A stretch of DNA of 64,000 nucleotides from Psammoneis japonica (taxonomy: Eukaryota). Under the pieces are notes generated by a model, which searched no databases, was not told the origin of the DNA, and saw nothing but the letters and a program-made list of their open reading frames with translations. The stretch covers positions 124,001 to 188,000 of the forward strand of contig QPGO01000050.1 in assembly GCA_008632985.1 (NCBI GenBank). The letters run 5' to 3'. Positions 32,709 to 44,838 of this stretch are shown piece after piece. The translations under genes and the position numbers were made by a program. The first letter of the stretch is position 1. Each line of letters begins with the position of its first letter.

Positions 32709-34043
32709 ATGAAAAGACTAATGTCGTCGTCAACTCCTCGCGGGTATCAATCAATTGGCTCTTTCCACTCAGAAAACATCGAACATTTAATGTCGCAATC
32801 AGAAGAAGAGTACATACCACCGCAACTTCCCTTTGAGTCCAATCTGTCGCCAAAACAGTCCTTTCTGTTGGATCGAAAAGAATGGACGTTTTTGAACCAC
32901 GGCGCATTCGGTGCAGCGCTCGAGTGTGGCTTTCGGCGTTCCGAGGAATGGAGACGGCATTTGGAGGCACAGCCATTGCGGTACTTTGATCGGGATCTTT
33001 TGCCTCATTTGGTGTATTCATCGAGACAATTGGCAAAGTTCATGTCCGTCGAGCGCGAAGGAATCGCACTCGTTCCCAACGTCACATCTGCCATGAACTC
33101 GATAGTCTCTGGCTATGCTAGACACTACAAGGATGCTGCTCGAATTCTTATTTGGGATGTCACTTATGGCAGCGTGAAGAAAATTGCCAAAGCATATTGC
33201 AACGATGTGGTAGAAATCGAATTGTTGAAGCATTTACAAACCCTGTGGACAGATGGTGAATCAGCTTTTGTGCAAGCATTTAATGAGACACTCTCCTCCT
33301 CAAGCGAGGATTGGTCGAATGCTCTGTTGATATTGGATCAAACGACGTCAAACACCGCGATCAACTTTCCGATCGAAACTCTGGCAAAACTTGCAAAGCG
33401 GGAAAGTATGTTTGTTGTCGTCGATGGAGCACATGGCCTGTTGGCCCAACCGATTGATTTCCTTCAACGCAACCTTGTGGATATTTACGTGGCCAATGGG
33501 CACAAGTGGTTGGCTTGTCCCCGAGGGGTCGGAGTGATGTATTGTCCTCACGAAGGCATTCGTGAAACCATATTGCGACAACCAGCTATAGTGTCACATG
33601 GAATTGATGATGGATACTTCAGTCGATTCATTTGGGATGGATGTAGGGACTACACGTCACAACTATCACTTCCAATGGTTTTGGACACTTGGAGGGATCC
33701 ACCAGCAATCCGTTCACAGCTTAAGGAGAGCCTGTTGCAAGGCTCTCAGATTCTTCAGTCAATGTGGCATTCAGATGGTGACACTAAAACGACATTGGCT
33801 CCCATGTCATTTCATTCACCCATGGCATTGGTGCGACTACCGGAATCATTGGCATACAACAGAACATCCGCTCACGCGAAGCAAATCCAGGACTACTTGT
33901 TTTATAGCAAGATTGAAGTTCCAATCAAATGTATTCAAGGCACTCTTTACGTCCGAGTTTCTTGCCACGTGTACAACACACCTGAAGATTTTGAACAACT
34001 CGGAAAAGCTATACTCCAATACGAGGCGAACAGCAATTGCTAG
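32709..34043 (+). CDS. PLP-dependent class V aminotransferase (isopenicillin N epimerase / cysteine desulfhydrase / Egt2-like)
   Basis: FLNHGAFG, VPNVTSAMN, VVDGAHG, ANGHKWLACPRG, WDGCRDY, YVRVSCHVYN. Confidence 0.88.
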   Translation: MKRLMSSSTPRGYQSIGSFHSENIEHLMSQSEEEYIPPQLPFESNLSPKQSFLLDRKEWTFLNHGAFGAALECGFRRSEEWRRHLEAQPLRYFDRDLLPHLVYSSRQLAKFMSVEREGIALVPNVTSAMNSIVSGYARHYKDAARILIWDVTYGSVKKIAKAYCNDVVEIELLKHLQTLWTDGESAFVQAFNETLSSSSEDWSNALLILDQTTSNTAINFPIETLAKLAKRESMFVVVDGAHGLLAQPIDFLQRNLVDIYVANGHKWLACPRGVGVMYCPHEGIRETILRQPAIVSHGIDDGYFSRFIWDGCRDYTSQLSLPMVLDTWRDPPAIRSQLKESLLQGSQILQSMWHSDGDTKTTLAPMSFHSPMALVRLPESLAYNRTSAHAKQIQDYLFYSKIEVPIKCIQGTLYVRVSCHVYNTPEDFEQLGKAILQYEANSNC

Positions 34044-34105
34044 GACACGGACAAAAACGTATTATTTTTCTATCAGATGTAATTGCACAATGCAAGTACG
34101 GTAGT

Positions 34106-35420
34106 CTACGCGACTGACGCAAATAACTCCGGATAATGCCGTCGTAGTGCGGGAATCCAAACATCATAAAACTCTGGCTCGAGTTCCTTTACATCTTGGA
34201 TAATCTTGTCCAAGTGAAACTCGCATGCGTAATTGTGTGTAACTGCCAGACTGGGTTTCAAATTCAGTACAACGTGAGGCCAACCACACGGGACAAAAAC
34301 AGTTTCACCGGGTTCTTGTATTATTTCAACCGGTTTCCAGTTGTGTGACCCCGCAACTGTCACCTCGTAGTACCGCTTGAACCAGACCACGCTTGCGAGC
34401 TGCGGTGCATTACCTTGACACATACCGATCTCGTCTAGAGGAGCCTGTGGAGGGAAGAGCATCCAATGCTTGCGCCCCTCCAGTAGAGTCACCCAAGCGT
34501 TCGTATATAGAGGGTCAATATGCATTCCAGTGCCTGATCGAGCAGGGCCTTTGGTGGAGTGGAACAGAAACTGATCTGTGAGAAAAGAGGAGAAACTAGC
34601 GACAACACAATCACTAGACAACGCACCCGCCAGGATCCATCGAAAAGGCGGGCGATCGCAGCATCGGGAACACACTCGAAGAGATCTTGAGAAAAGCAAG
34701 GAGGAATTGAATACTCGGCCAACAAGCATGATGTTGGTGACGATTCATTTCCAAATTCTGAATCATAAATGGCCAAGGGCGAATCATCGGTTCCTCCCTC
34801 TACCCGTGCATGTATTTATAGTAAGTACCCATTGTCATCATTTCCCCATGCAAGTCAGAAAATCTCCAATTTATATCTTTGAATCGCCGGGAAAAGTTCT
34901 CTAAGGACCAAGTTGTCGCAGCAGGCCAATCGGACGTTGCATTCTCGATAATCACCGGAGTGTTTGGTCTTTCGTAATCAACAGCAAACCTTGTAAAACT
35001 CCGTTTACTCTCCTCATCTCGAAATATTTCACATGCTTTCCGAATATCAATACGAGGGACACCTTCAGCATGGCTGTCTTTGTGTTCAACATTGCCGATC
35101 TGTTTCTTCTCCCACTCGTCAGGCAAGTCTACCGGCAGTGGGACCAGCTGTGATTCGCGTCTCCGCAAAGAACAGGCAGTGCCGACATTCAGAATTGCCG
35201 ATAGTTCGTTCCCAATTGATACGATTTCTTCTGTTCGCCATCCCGGAATATCGCAGCCATCGGAGAGTGGCTGAGCTTCCGTGTCGTATTCTTTTTGACC
35301 ACAGCTGTCGCATGAACGTGCTAAATGTGGTCGCTCAGCCAGCTTTACATTAAACACATCATACCGCTCGTCAGCGTCTAGGAAAATATCATGAGCGGGC
35401 ACTCTTTCCGACGTTGTCAT
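34106..35420 (-). CDS. JmjC-domain protein (JMJD6-like); intron plus apparent frameshifts
   Basis: YERPNTPVII..A..DWPA..W, PLAIYDSEF, RPPFRWIL, GPARSGTGMHIDP..TNAW, GRKHWMLFPP, QEPGETVFVPCGWPHVVLNL. Confidence 0.85.
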
Positions 35421-35599
35421 GTGTGCGAAACAAAATCACATCTAGGACTACGGATTATCGCCAACGACAACATGAAACGCAGTACGCCGAGATCCGAACA
35501 AGTTCCAATTTGTTGAAAATGAAGAATGAGGAGGAATGAATGAGAGGGTTCGGTGAAAATTGCGCCACGTGGAAGAAGGTGGAGAACATAGCTCCTGCT

Positions 35600-35775
35600 C
35601 TCGCTACTACAGTACTTCTTGTACCGGTAGTAGAGCTGTTCTCTAGAGAGTAGCTAGCTAGAGTAGCTAGCTCTATAAAGCTAGAGTAACTCTCTCTACT
35701 AGAGAGTAGACTAATAGTACTAGAGAGGAATATGTAGCTAGCTTAGCTAGCTAGTAGCTACTCTAGAGTCTAATG
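35600..35775. other. CTAG/TAG-rich intergenic island
   Basis: CTCTAGAGAGTAGCTAGCTAGAGTAGCTAGCTCT...TAGCTAGCTTAGCTAGCTAGTAGCTACTCTAGAG. Confidence 0.7.
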
Positions 35776-36073
35776 CCACTCTTATTGTTATTTTCCCCAG
35801 AGTATCCTGTAGTTTTACGAATATAGCTTGAAGGGCTCATCATCGGTTGATGAGCGACGGCAAAAAGCTGAGTGTTTCTAACCTAAAACTCTAGCATATA
35901 TAGTATACATTAACATTAGCTACAATTTCGATCCAAGGACAACAACAGACGGCACTAGCGGTGCCTCATTCCAGCATCAATCCATCTGTTTTCATTTTCT
36001 TAGCCATTTCCAAAACACACGTACACGGCCTTTCACGGCTTCCACTAACAAACAAGCACCACTGATTCTCTGT

Positions 36074-37989
36074 CTAACTAATGCGGGCCTTCTTGTTGAT
36101 GTGTCCAGCGGCGGCCTCTTGTAGCTCGCCGAGAGTGCTCTCAAAACGATGTTCCAATGTCATGTGATTGTCTGGACCGAGTCCAAGACATGCACGCATG
36201 ACATTGATGACAGCCTGGCGCTGGGTGAAAAGGGCGTTGACCACCGGGGCGCCATTTGGCACAAGAGGCGCCTTGAGCATGTAGGAAAGAAGCGAAAGAA
36301 CCGGGTGGAACGCCTCCCACTTGTCGTCGCCCTCCTTCTTCATGGTGATACGCTCGCAGAGTTCACCAAGGATCACAAGATCGTAAATGAGGGGGGTAGC
36401 GAGAAGCGAATCTTCGCACGTATTGTGCATAACGATGGTGTTCTTGCCGCCCATGAAAATCTCGTTTGTGTACTCGTCCATGGCCCGCTTGGAATCGGCA
36501 ACATACGGTACATACTTGATTACGACGACGTGATCAGTGTGCTCGTCTTCTTCGAACAGGATACGATTTGAAGCAACCATGTCATCGACGACATTGGACT
36601 TGCTGATCTCCTTACTGCGGAACTGACTTGGAGCACTCAGGTTCTTTCCGTCGTTGTTTCCAAGATGATTGTACGAGACGATACTGACAGGCTTGATTCC
36701 AGCAGAGACGAGGAAGTCAATGAGTACACTTTTCATTTTGGTCTGTCCGCTCTTGAAGTCGTCACCAGCAATGAAGACCTTGTGCTGCCTAGCTAGCTCA
36801 ACAACCCCAGGTACAAAAGTATTTTGAGGGGATCCGTTGATGAACGTGCATCCCTCCAAAATAGAAGCGACAGCGTAGACGGTGGATGCGCTCACTTCAG
36901 CTTCACCACGGGAAATACTGGCGAGGACGTTGTCAGCAGTATCGTTCACTCCCTCTTCAACACTGGCGAAGCGTTCCGTGTTGGCGGTCCAGAGAATGAT
37001 AACCTTGTCAAGGTTGTTTTTGGCCTTGAAGTCTTTGATATCCTGACGGAGTTGGTCCATCTGTTCCTGCTTAGTACCGCTTAGGACGTTGTCAGCGCGC
37101 TCTCCCTGATTGGCAGCAATGAAATCGGGAAAGTAGACAGCCTTCATCGGCTCGATTTCTTTCATGTATGGGTAAAGTTGCCTCTGCAAGTCAACGTCGA
37201 GGACCTTGGAGCGCTTCATGGCATCACCAAGGTTCATGGCGTTGATGTCCCAACCACCCCAAACAATGTCGTTGGGGTTGACCATTGGTAGCATGTTGCT
37301 CATGGGCGTCATCACAGAGTTGCCCTGGGTGTCATTTCCAAGCTTCACAGTAGAAGCCATAAGGAGAGAACCCCAGTAGTTCGCTTTCTTTGGTCCCTCC
37401 TTAGTTTCCCACTGCATCCCCATCTTGTTGGCGATGGCTCCAGCAACGCAAGTGCTGCACGATACAAAAAATAAAACAGTTAGGTGGCTAGTCCCAAGAT
37501 TTGGCAACTGGAACTCTATTCAAACTTTCTGCCAGCTACAGTTGCTTACCATCCATTGTTACCGCCAAGGCCAACAAGTAAGACGCCAGTCTTTCCAACC
37601 TTCTTGTCGGTCTTGAACTGCATCTTGCTCTCAACAGGCTTGACGACATTACCGTCCACGATGGTCGTCTCGTACCTAAGAAAAAAATATCGTGGTTGTT
37701 CAACGTTTTGTGAGTTCAGGGTTCGCTTCCAACGTACACACTACACTAGAACAAAAGAACGACCTCTTATATCAGTCAATAGCAAGCATCAGAATGCTAC
37801 AAGGAAAATGCACGAGTCCCTGCTAGTCTACACGACGTATACAGATACAATCGACAACTTCAATGGCGGCATGTTCTCCCATTCTCAAGATGAAACTTAC
37901 GTGTAGTCAGAAATTATGGAATCAGCAGTGTACGTGCACTTGTCGGACTGAACCGTGAAGGTTCCCTCGAGGTTATGAAAGCCAGACAT
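36074..37989 (-). CDS. INO1: myo-inositol-1-phosphate synthase; two introns near the 5' end
   Basis: [57 protein letters not shown]. Confidence 0.95.
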
Positions 37990-38611
37990 GGTCGGTTGCG
38001 TTGAAGATGGTTGCGTTGCCGATGATGAAAAAAATGATCGCGTCTTTGTCGGATGAACAAAGATGATCGAAGAATTGTGAGCAGGAAACAATCGAAATTT
38101 TGAATTCTGACGCACGTACTTGGCGCAAACTTCTCAAATGAAAGCAAGAAGTTCCATATTCTATTATAGTTGAAGCAAGGGCTTTACTGTGTGATGGAAT
38201 CATTGATTGCAGAAGCAAGTGTTTGACGCAATGCCTTTCTTTCATACGTCATTGGCAGAGTCGGCAAACAAAGATGCCAGTGTTTGTCGCAATGATGATG
38301 CGATCCATTCTTGGTCACCGAGAGATTCTCTTGTGCTCCGACAGTTTCTAGTAAATTGCATTTTGGATGAAACTAAAGAGGAATCTTTCACAAGGAATCA
38401 TTCAGATCGTCGGATCTATACCTTGCTGAATTCGCTTGGTAGGAATCTGAGTGTTCCGCTTGCTGAGGAATCCCACAACTGCAGAACAAGATCCGGAGTT
38501 GATGACGTTCATCTCTCTCTTGCTTGCTTCTGGGTGCAACGTCACCCCGCCCTCCAAAAAATAAAAAGGTGTGCGGACTTCAATTATTGGCGCCATTATT
38601 AATTCCCTCTC

Positions 38612-38850
38612 TTGAGTAGCTAGCTAGCTCTAGGAATAGAGGCCCTACTTTCTAAAGTAGAGCAGTAGCTACCGTAGAGTAGAGTACACGGCTGAGCGAG
38701 GCTCAAGCGAAAGAGTATTAGTATTAATATTACTAGGTAGCAGAGAGTAATACTTTTTGAACAAACTACGGAAAGTAGAGCAAGTTATTGTACTGGAGGC
38801 TATCGAGCCCCACAAGAGAGTGTCCATCAGAGTTCATCTAAGTCTAGAGT
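38612..38850. other. CTAG/TAG-rich intergenic island
   Basis: GAGTAGCTAGCTAGCTCTAGGAATAGAGGCCCTAC...GTAGAGTAGAGTAC. Confidence 0.6.
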
Positions 38851-39009
38851 AGGGAAACTCTATCGATGCCTTTCCTCGCAAAACCAAATCTTGTGCATGC
38901 GTGTGTGCATCCTGGTGTTCTTGGTTTCCTTTCGCAATCTCGATTCTCGCCGTGTCCCACCTTCTTGCTCTGTCAATGGCAAACGTTCTCGATTTCGGTT
39001 CAAGTAATT

Positions 39010-39510
39010 TCATTTCTTCTCAAGTTTTTCCAGTATCCCAGAAATGACATTCTTCATAATCGGCTGCCCTCTCTTGGTTCGTTTTGACATGTTCTTCGCA
39101 CGTAACTGTCTTTGCTTCTGACGCTCTTTCAGCTGTTTCTGTTTTGCTTCCATCTGAGCCTTAACTTCCTCCTGCTGTCGTTTCTTCTGCAACTTTTTCG
39201 TCGTGCGCTCTTTCCTTTGTTTCTTTGTCGCTGGTCCTTCCACATGGGATTCTTCGTCCGCCTTTGTCGACTTGTCGGTATGTTTGCGTTTTCGGGGTGA
39301 TTGATCCAGTTGATAACCTTCTTGCTTCATAACTTTCTTGTAACTACGAAATAGCGCCGCCTTTTTTATGTTCTTCTTCTCTTTCCTAACTTTGTATTGC
39401 TCTATAGCTCGAATGGCACCTTTTGGCCCCGTGGCAAATTCTTCCAACCCGACGACTTTTCGTCGTTCATGTTTTCCCGACTCGTTTTCGTTTGCTTTTT
39501 GCGACGCCAT
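39010..39510 (-). CDS. Fyv7/TAP26-like rRNA-processing protein
   Basis: Lys-rich coiled coil ending KRTKRGQPIMKNVISGILEKL. Confidence 0.75.
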   Translation of the reverse strand: MASQKANENESGKHERRKVVGLEEFATGPKGAIRAIEQYKVRKEKKNIKKAALFRSYKKVMKQEGYQLDQSPRKRKHTDKSTKADEESHVEGPATKKQRKERTTKKLQKKRQQEEVKAQMEAKQKQLKERQKQRQLRAKNMSKRTKRGQPIMKNVISGILEKLEKK

Positions 39511-39872
39511 GGCAAATAAAAATTCACTTTCAGCTTTCAGTGACCAGTGGAGCCTCGACGATGCAGTATGATGAATCCTTGTAATGCGATACCTGGTAGC
39601 GTTAATCTACAACTGCTCTAAGAGTGAGGTATTAGCTGGATAAGCTGGGTTTTGTTTGTTCTCTGAAGTCTGAAGTGAGTAGTGAGAAAGCGATGCGAAG
39701 ATCGAATGGATGTGGGCGAGCGAACCCACGCTCTGGTAAGAATCATGTAGAGTCTACGTATCTTCAACCGTCAGTTGCCAGCCCCCATCACTTTTAGCTT
39801 TTTGTCCCCATGATGGCCCATAGCACATCTATCATACTGTAACATACATTCAACTTGAGGAGCTTATGTAGG

Positions 39873-40796
39873 ATGCCGTCGTTCTTTCTCTCTCCCGTTG
39901 CACACGTTTTGTTCGTTACGCTATGGATTCAATCCGTGCAGTCGTTCTCGACAGACGTCCTAGGACCGCGACATCTCGTGTTGATATCACGTCACACAAC
40001 ATTTCACCTGAGAATGGCCGAAAACTACGTTGATGTGCGTTCTAAGACTCGACGACGCATGATCTATTCCACGTTTGCATCCGCTTTGCCGTTTTGGCAA
40101 AGTACGGTTAAAGCTAAATCTGTTGAGAGTATCCCTCCGACACGGCAAGAGCTGCAGAATTATCGTTACAGCAGCGATTGGACGGGTACGGCTCTGAAAC
40201 TGTTGTCGCTGGAAGATGCATACAAAAAGCAAGAAAGTTCTCCTGTATTTGACTTTGGGCAGTGGCCTGATGTAATTTTACGGAGAGCTGCTTCTCCAAT
40301 CCCCGAGTCTTTCTTTCGTGAAAGGGGAAAGCTCTCTGCAATTGCGAATGCATTGAGAGCTACGGCACGAAAGGTGGGAGCTGTGGGATTGGCTGCTCAG
40401 CAGTGTGGCATTGATGCAAGACTAGTATTCTTAGAAGACGATGCTAATGCGGATGGATTGTTTCTTGTCAATCCTCAAATCATTGCGAGATCTCCTGAAC
40501 TAGACATGGTTGTTTGGACCGAAAACTGTTTGGTGCTTCCACCCACATTCAAGGCGACAGTCTTGAGGGATTTGTGGATAACAGTCAAGTATCAAACTTT
40601 GACAGGAGAAACGACACAGAAAACGTTACATGGAGAATTATCAAGAGCTGCACAGCACGAGTTTGATCATCAACGCGGTATCTTGATTCTGGACCACATT
40701 GGGCTGGAAGATATGGAGAGTAACGACATGAGACGCATCGAGCAAGACGGACACGAAGAGCGAATGAAGCTTGCTTATTATCGATACCTTTCGTAA
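39873..40796 (+). CDS. def: Peptide deformylase with signal peptide (likely plastid)
   Basis: GLAAQQCG, ENCL, QHEFDHQRGIL. Hydrophobic N-terminus ending VQS-F. Confidence 0.88.
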   Translation: MPSFFLSPVAHVLFVTLWIQSVQSFSTDVLGPRHLVLISRHTTFHLRMAENYVDVRSKTRRRMIYSTFASALPFWQSTVKAKSVESIPPTRQELQNYRYSSDWTGTALKLLSLEDAYKKQESSPVFDFGQWPDVILRRAASPIPESFFRERGKLSAIANALRATARKVGAVGLAAQQCGIDARLVFLEDDANADGLFLVNPQIIARSPELDMVVWTENCLVLPPTFKATVLRDLWITVKYQTLTGETTQKTLHGELSRAAQHEFDHQRGILILDHIGLEDMESNDMRRIEQDGHEERMKLAYYRYLS

Positions 40797-40885
40797 ATGG
40801 GGCTTCATACCGTGTTGGTTGTGGTTTACTTATGCTTCTGGTACTTTATGGCAGTTCAGGGGTGTCATGACCCCCCCTTGAATGT
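40622..40885 (+). repeat. Direct repeat copy 1 (~260 bp): deformylase 3' end, spacer and degenerate CK2 3' end
   Basis: Aligns by eye with 43288-43546. Confidence 0.85.
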
Positions 40886-40904
40886 AAGGAATCCATAGCC
40901 ACCA

Positions 40905-41410
40905 ACAAGTGACAATTGCTTTGCTATCCAAAAGGAGAATGAGTCAGCCCTGAATTTCTTCTCTCGAGCCATGCAACTCGATCCGACCTTCCCCTACGCC
41001 CATACACTCTCGGGACATGAGTATTTTTGAACAGGCCGTGGCGTGTTATACCGCAACGCTACCAAATGCGTGTTCATGAGCGTCATTTCAATACCTGGTA
41101 TGGCTTGGGTCCGTCTATTGTCACCAGGAAAATTACGGATTGGCTGAATCCTGTTATCGCCGGGCCATTAGCATTAATCTCCAAAGCAGTATGCTCTCGC
41201 TACTCTGACAGTGGCGTTTTGCATGGAAGAATTGATCTCGGGAGTCGTCCATTCATTTTGCTCAGTGACGGGTGCTAAAACGCATTGAACGACCTGAACA
41301 GGCCACGAGGTGCTTCGTTATAGCCAAGGATTTGGATCCTAAGGTGAACAAGCCCATCAAGGCAGCTATGGACAAGTCGGAGGACCCTAACATGGATGAA
41401 GAAGTGTTGG
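40905..41410 (+). pseudogene. CDC27/APC3 TPR fragment, broken
   Basis: NCFAIQKENESALNFFSRAMQLDPTFPYAHTLSGHEYF, RHFNTWYGLG, YRRAISIN, with stops, frameshifts and deletions. Confidence 0.75.
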
Positions 41411-41429
41411 ACTTTTAGAATGGAAACTA

Positions 41430-43100
41430 GCGAGAAGCGATTCTGTTGGCTGCGTTGCTGTGGTCTCATTCGTCCGGTTGCGACTTCGGGCATCTGGTTT
41501 TCCTCTAGCTGCTCTACCAATACACAGGTTAGCTACAGAGTTGACGGGGAAGTATGCTAGGACCTAGCCATACCTCAAGAGCCTACACTTTGCATGTGGC
41601 ATTGGCAAAGGCACTCTTTTTACAGCTGGAATTCTTATTTCTGGGTAAGTCTTGACGCCGGCTAATGATTTCTTTTTTCTTTTACGAATCAAAGCCATTA
41701 ACGCCTTCACTTGTTTGTGATTCGAACATTCCAGACTAATCTACCAACCACTTGGATATGGATGCGGTGCGGTCCTGTGGCTAGATGACTATCTTTCCAA
41801 CTGGGACATTGTTTCGTTTGCCATTCGCAAGATTTTATGAACAATGTATGTACGCATATTGTTAGTCTTGAAATGATCTATAAGAAGTTGCGCTATTACA
41901 ATCGAAATTACGACACATATGTTCAGACGCGTCGGGATCAAGACATGGTGCAGTTGCGTCAATACGAAGCTGTGCAGCGGCATATTGCTTACATCAAGGG
42001 CTTCATTGCCAGAGTAAGTCATCGCAATTTTGTACTTTGTCGCTATGCTGTACCACCGCACATTGCCGTTCTCCTCTTAACGGACCTAATTGGGCAGTTT
42101 GGCTACGGTGCAGTTAAAATGGTGCCACAAGCGCAGGCTCGTTAACGGCTTTATCAGAAGAAACTCCCAAACGTTAAGTTCTTAGTGTGATTGGTCATTT
42201 CCCGATACAGGATAATTGCCAGTTTTGGTATTGTCGATTAAACGAGTCAGCTTTGCTTATCCTGCAGGGCAGCAGCTATAGCAATGTAGACTTTGGTGTT
42301 GGTTTACAGACTCGAGTCGCTTTTGTACCGGTAGGACCTAATGGTGCAGGTGAGCCGCACCTCAATTTCCCAAGCAATGCGCGCATGAGTTCTTCTTATC
42401 TAAACTTGTTTCTTCTCTGTACTCTGAAGGCAAAACGACGTTGATCAAACTCTTGACGGGTGAACTTGGCCCCACCGTTTAGCGCAACATGCATTTGAAA
42501 ATATCTCGTTTTACGCAGCACTTTGAAGAGAAGCTCGACCTGACCTGTCCATGACCCCACTCAACTTCTTCAAACAGATAGAAGCTCATGCGAGAAGAGC
42601 CCATTGAGCGGATCCGGCTCTCTGTTGGGTAGGTATGATTGCACTGGAGACGAACAGAGTCAAGTGATGAGACAGCTGTCTGCGGGACACAAGACGTGGA
42701 TTGTTTTCGCCATTATTTCGTTTGATAGGCCACACTTTTTGCTTTTGGTGAGTACCGTCGTTCGTTTTACTTTGAAAGTATCCTGCGTTGATTTTGTCTG
42801 GTTTGATTCGCTTCTACTCTAGTCTCTCATTGAATTTGTGATCCTGCTTCCAACGCCGCGCTTAGGATGAACCAACGAACCCGCTTGATATGGACTCAAT
42901 TGATGCTTGGGCACAGTGTCTGAAAAAGTTCCAGGGTGGAGTTTTGCACGACATGAGTCGTCTCATTTAGCAGTCTGCCGAAGAGACTTATATTTTCGGC
43001 GAAAAGAAGGTTCAGAAGAGCAATGGGGACATTACGGAGTTCAAACTTCTCACCAAGAAACAAAACAATGAGAAGCTCGCCGAACACATGAATGAACAGA
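41430..43100 (+). pseudogene. ABC-F family (ABCF2-like) pseudogene retaining introns
   Basis: ALAKALF, PTNHLDMDAV, SQDFMNNVCTHI, NYDTYVQTR, GPNGAG|KTTLIKLLTG, FTQHFEEKL, DEPTNPLDMDSID. Many stops and indels. GT(A/G)AG donors near 41645, 42013, 42350, 42748. Confidence 0.85.
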
Positions 43101-43287
43101 GTGGCCGGAGAACTTAAGTTTGACCAGAGGTCACAAGGTCGTCCAAACAATGGCGTGCTCTTTCAAAGCTGGCTCAATGGATGCTTTCGCTCAGGTAGAG
43201 AGTCATGACACTGGAGATTATTATAATATTTGTCGATATGGACCGGCGACTCGTCAGTAGAATCCTCTGGCAGAATCAGAATGGTTG

Positions 43288-43546
43288 AACATTAAACGGT
43301 GGATTATCAAGAGCTGCATGGCACGAATTTGATCATCAATGCGGCAGCTTGATTCTGGACCACATTGGGTTGGAAGATATGGAGAGTGACGACATGAGAC
43401 GAATCGAGCAAAACAGACATGAAGAGCGAATGAAGCTTGCGTATTATCGATACCTTTCGTAAATGGGGTTTCATGTCGGGTTGGATGTGCTTTAGTTTAC
43501 GTTTATGGTACTCTATGGTAATTCAGGGGTGCCACCCGGTTGAATG
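43288..43546 (+). repeat. Direct repeat copy 2: orphan deformylase 3' end abutting the intact CK2 3' end
   Basis: TTATCAAGAGCTGCA...GATTCTGGACCACATTGGG...GAAGAGCGAATGAAGCTTGC.TATTATCGATACCTTTCGTAAATGGGG is shared with copy 1. Confidence 0.85.
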
Positions 43547-44838
43547 GGAGAAGTGGTAGTGTCTTCAGTTTGTCTGTTTCTTTGGAGGTGTATCTGCTCC
43601 ATGACTACATCACGTACATTATCAAAGAAGGCATGCTGAATCGCTTGCTTCGCCGTGAGACGGTTATCGTGATCATAGACAAGTAGTTTGTCCAAGAGAT
43701 CTAACCCAACAAGATTAGGAACGGGGCATTTATCCGGCAAGAATGACAACCACGGTTTTCGATTACCACGACCCGCCTCACGCATTGTGTACTTAGCAAT
43801 TACCTTTTGCACCTCTGGTTCGAGCTGGATGTTGTATCGCGTTACATATGCGACTAGATCGTTGGTTCCCAATACTGATATTACCTTTCCCAGTTGGTCA
43901 ACATTATCCTTGCCCCGAAAGAACGGCTCTCGTCGCAACAACAACCCTGCCAAGATACACCCAATTCCCCACATATCCAAGGCATAGTCATAGTATTGAT
44001 AACTCACAAGCAATTCGGGTGCCTTGTAGTGACGTGATGCGACGCGCACATTGTATTGCGTGTTTGGCAAGTAGAAATCGGCTAGACCCAAATCAATCAA
44101 CATGAGGGGCATGGCGTCTGAATCTTCCGGTTTGCTTTGCGCGAAGGAACGACGAATCATAACATTTCGTGGTTTCAAGTCTCGGTGCATTATTCCCTTT
44201 GAATGCAAGGAATCCAAGGCCACCAGCAAGTGGCACAAAAAGTACTGCACTTCGTACTCGGACAGAAAAGGGTCTTTCGTATCACTACCGTTCTGAGGCG
44301 ATTTACTATCATGGGCTCGACCGTGACAAAACCATTGTGAATCAACACCTGCGTGTTCCAGCACAAGGGAGGGCATGGGATGCAATTTAGTACGACGTCG
44401 AGACGGTTCTTGCTTGTCAAGCAACGGTTCGGGTATCACGAGCCCCTTGAGGCGGGCTAGATTCGGCAATTTCGATGCGTGTGAGAGTACCAAGAGTTCT
44501 CTTCGTATCTTCCGATCTGACACGGGCTTTAGGCACTTTAGAACAACCAAGTCATTCTGATTGACTTGTTCACTGTCTTTGTTTTCTACTGCTTCAAAGA
44601 CATCACTAAACTTTCCTGCCCCTAATCGTCTCAGTAAACTAAAATCGCTTGTCGATCGTATTCTTGCAAACGGAGGCGGAAACACAGAGTTGTCGTAGTC
44701 ATAATATTCTGGAGCTTCTCGGGAACAGCCTAATGGGTAGGCCCTTTCTGCTCTGACCAAAGATATCAGGAAGTATCCGGTAGAAGTCAATGTAAGCACA
44801 GCCATTCGGAAGCGGCGACATTTCTGATGCAGCGGCAT
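43513..44838 (-). CDS. Casein kinase II alpha-like kinase with N-terminal hydrophobic extension
   Basis: LGAGKFSDVFE, LKPV..RKIRRE, GIMHRDLKPRN, IDLGLADFY, YNVRVASRHYKAPEL, YDYALDMW, EPFFRGKDN.DQL. Start may be 44805 or 44838. Confidence 0.9.
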   Translation of the reverse strand: MPLHQKCRRFRMAVLTLTSTGYFLISLVRAERAYPLGCSREAPEYYDYDNSVFPPPFARIRSTSDFSLLRRLGAGKFSDVFEAVENKDSEQVNQNDLVVLKCLKPVSDRKIRRELLVLSHASKLPNLARLKGLVIPEPLLDKQEPSRRRTKLHPMPSLVLEHAGVDSQWFCHGRAHDSKSPQNGSDTKDPFLSEYEVQYFLCHLLVALDSLHSKGIMHRDLKPRNVMIRRSFAQSKPEDSDAMPLMLIDLGLADFYLPNTQYNVRVASRHYKAPELLVSYQYYDYALDMWGIGCILAGLLLRREPFFRGKDNVDQLGKVISVLGTNDLVAYVTRYNIQLEPEVQKVIAKYTMREAGRGNRKPWLSFLPDKCPVPNLVGLDLLDKLLVYDHDNRLTAKQAIQHAFFDNVRDVVMEQIHLQRNRQTEDTTTSPIQPGGTPELP

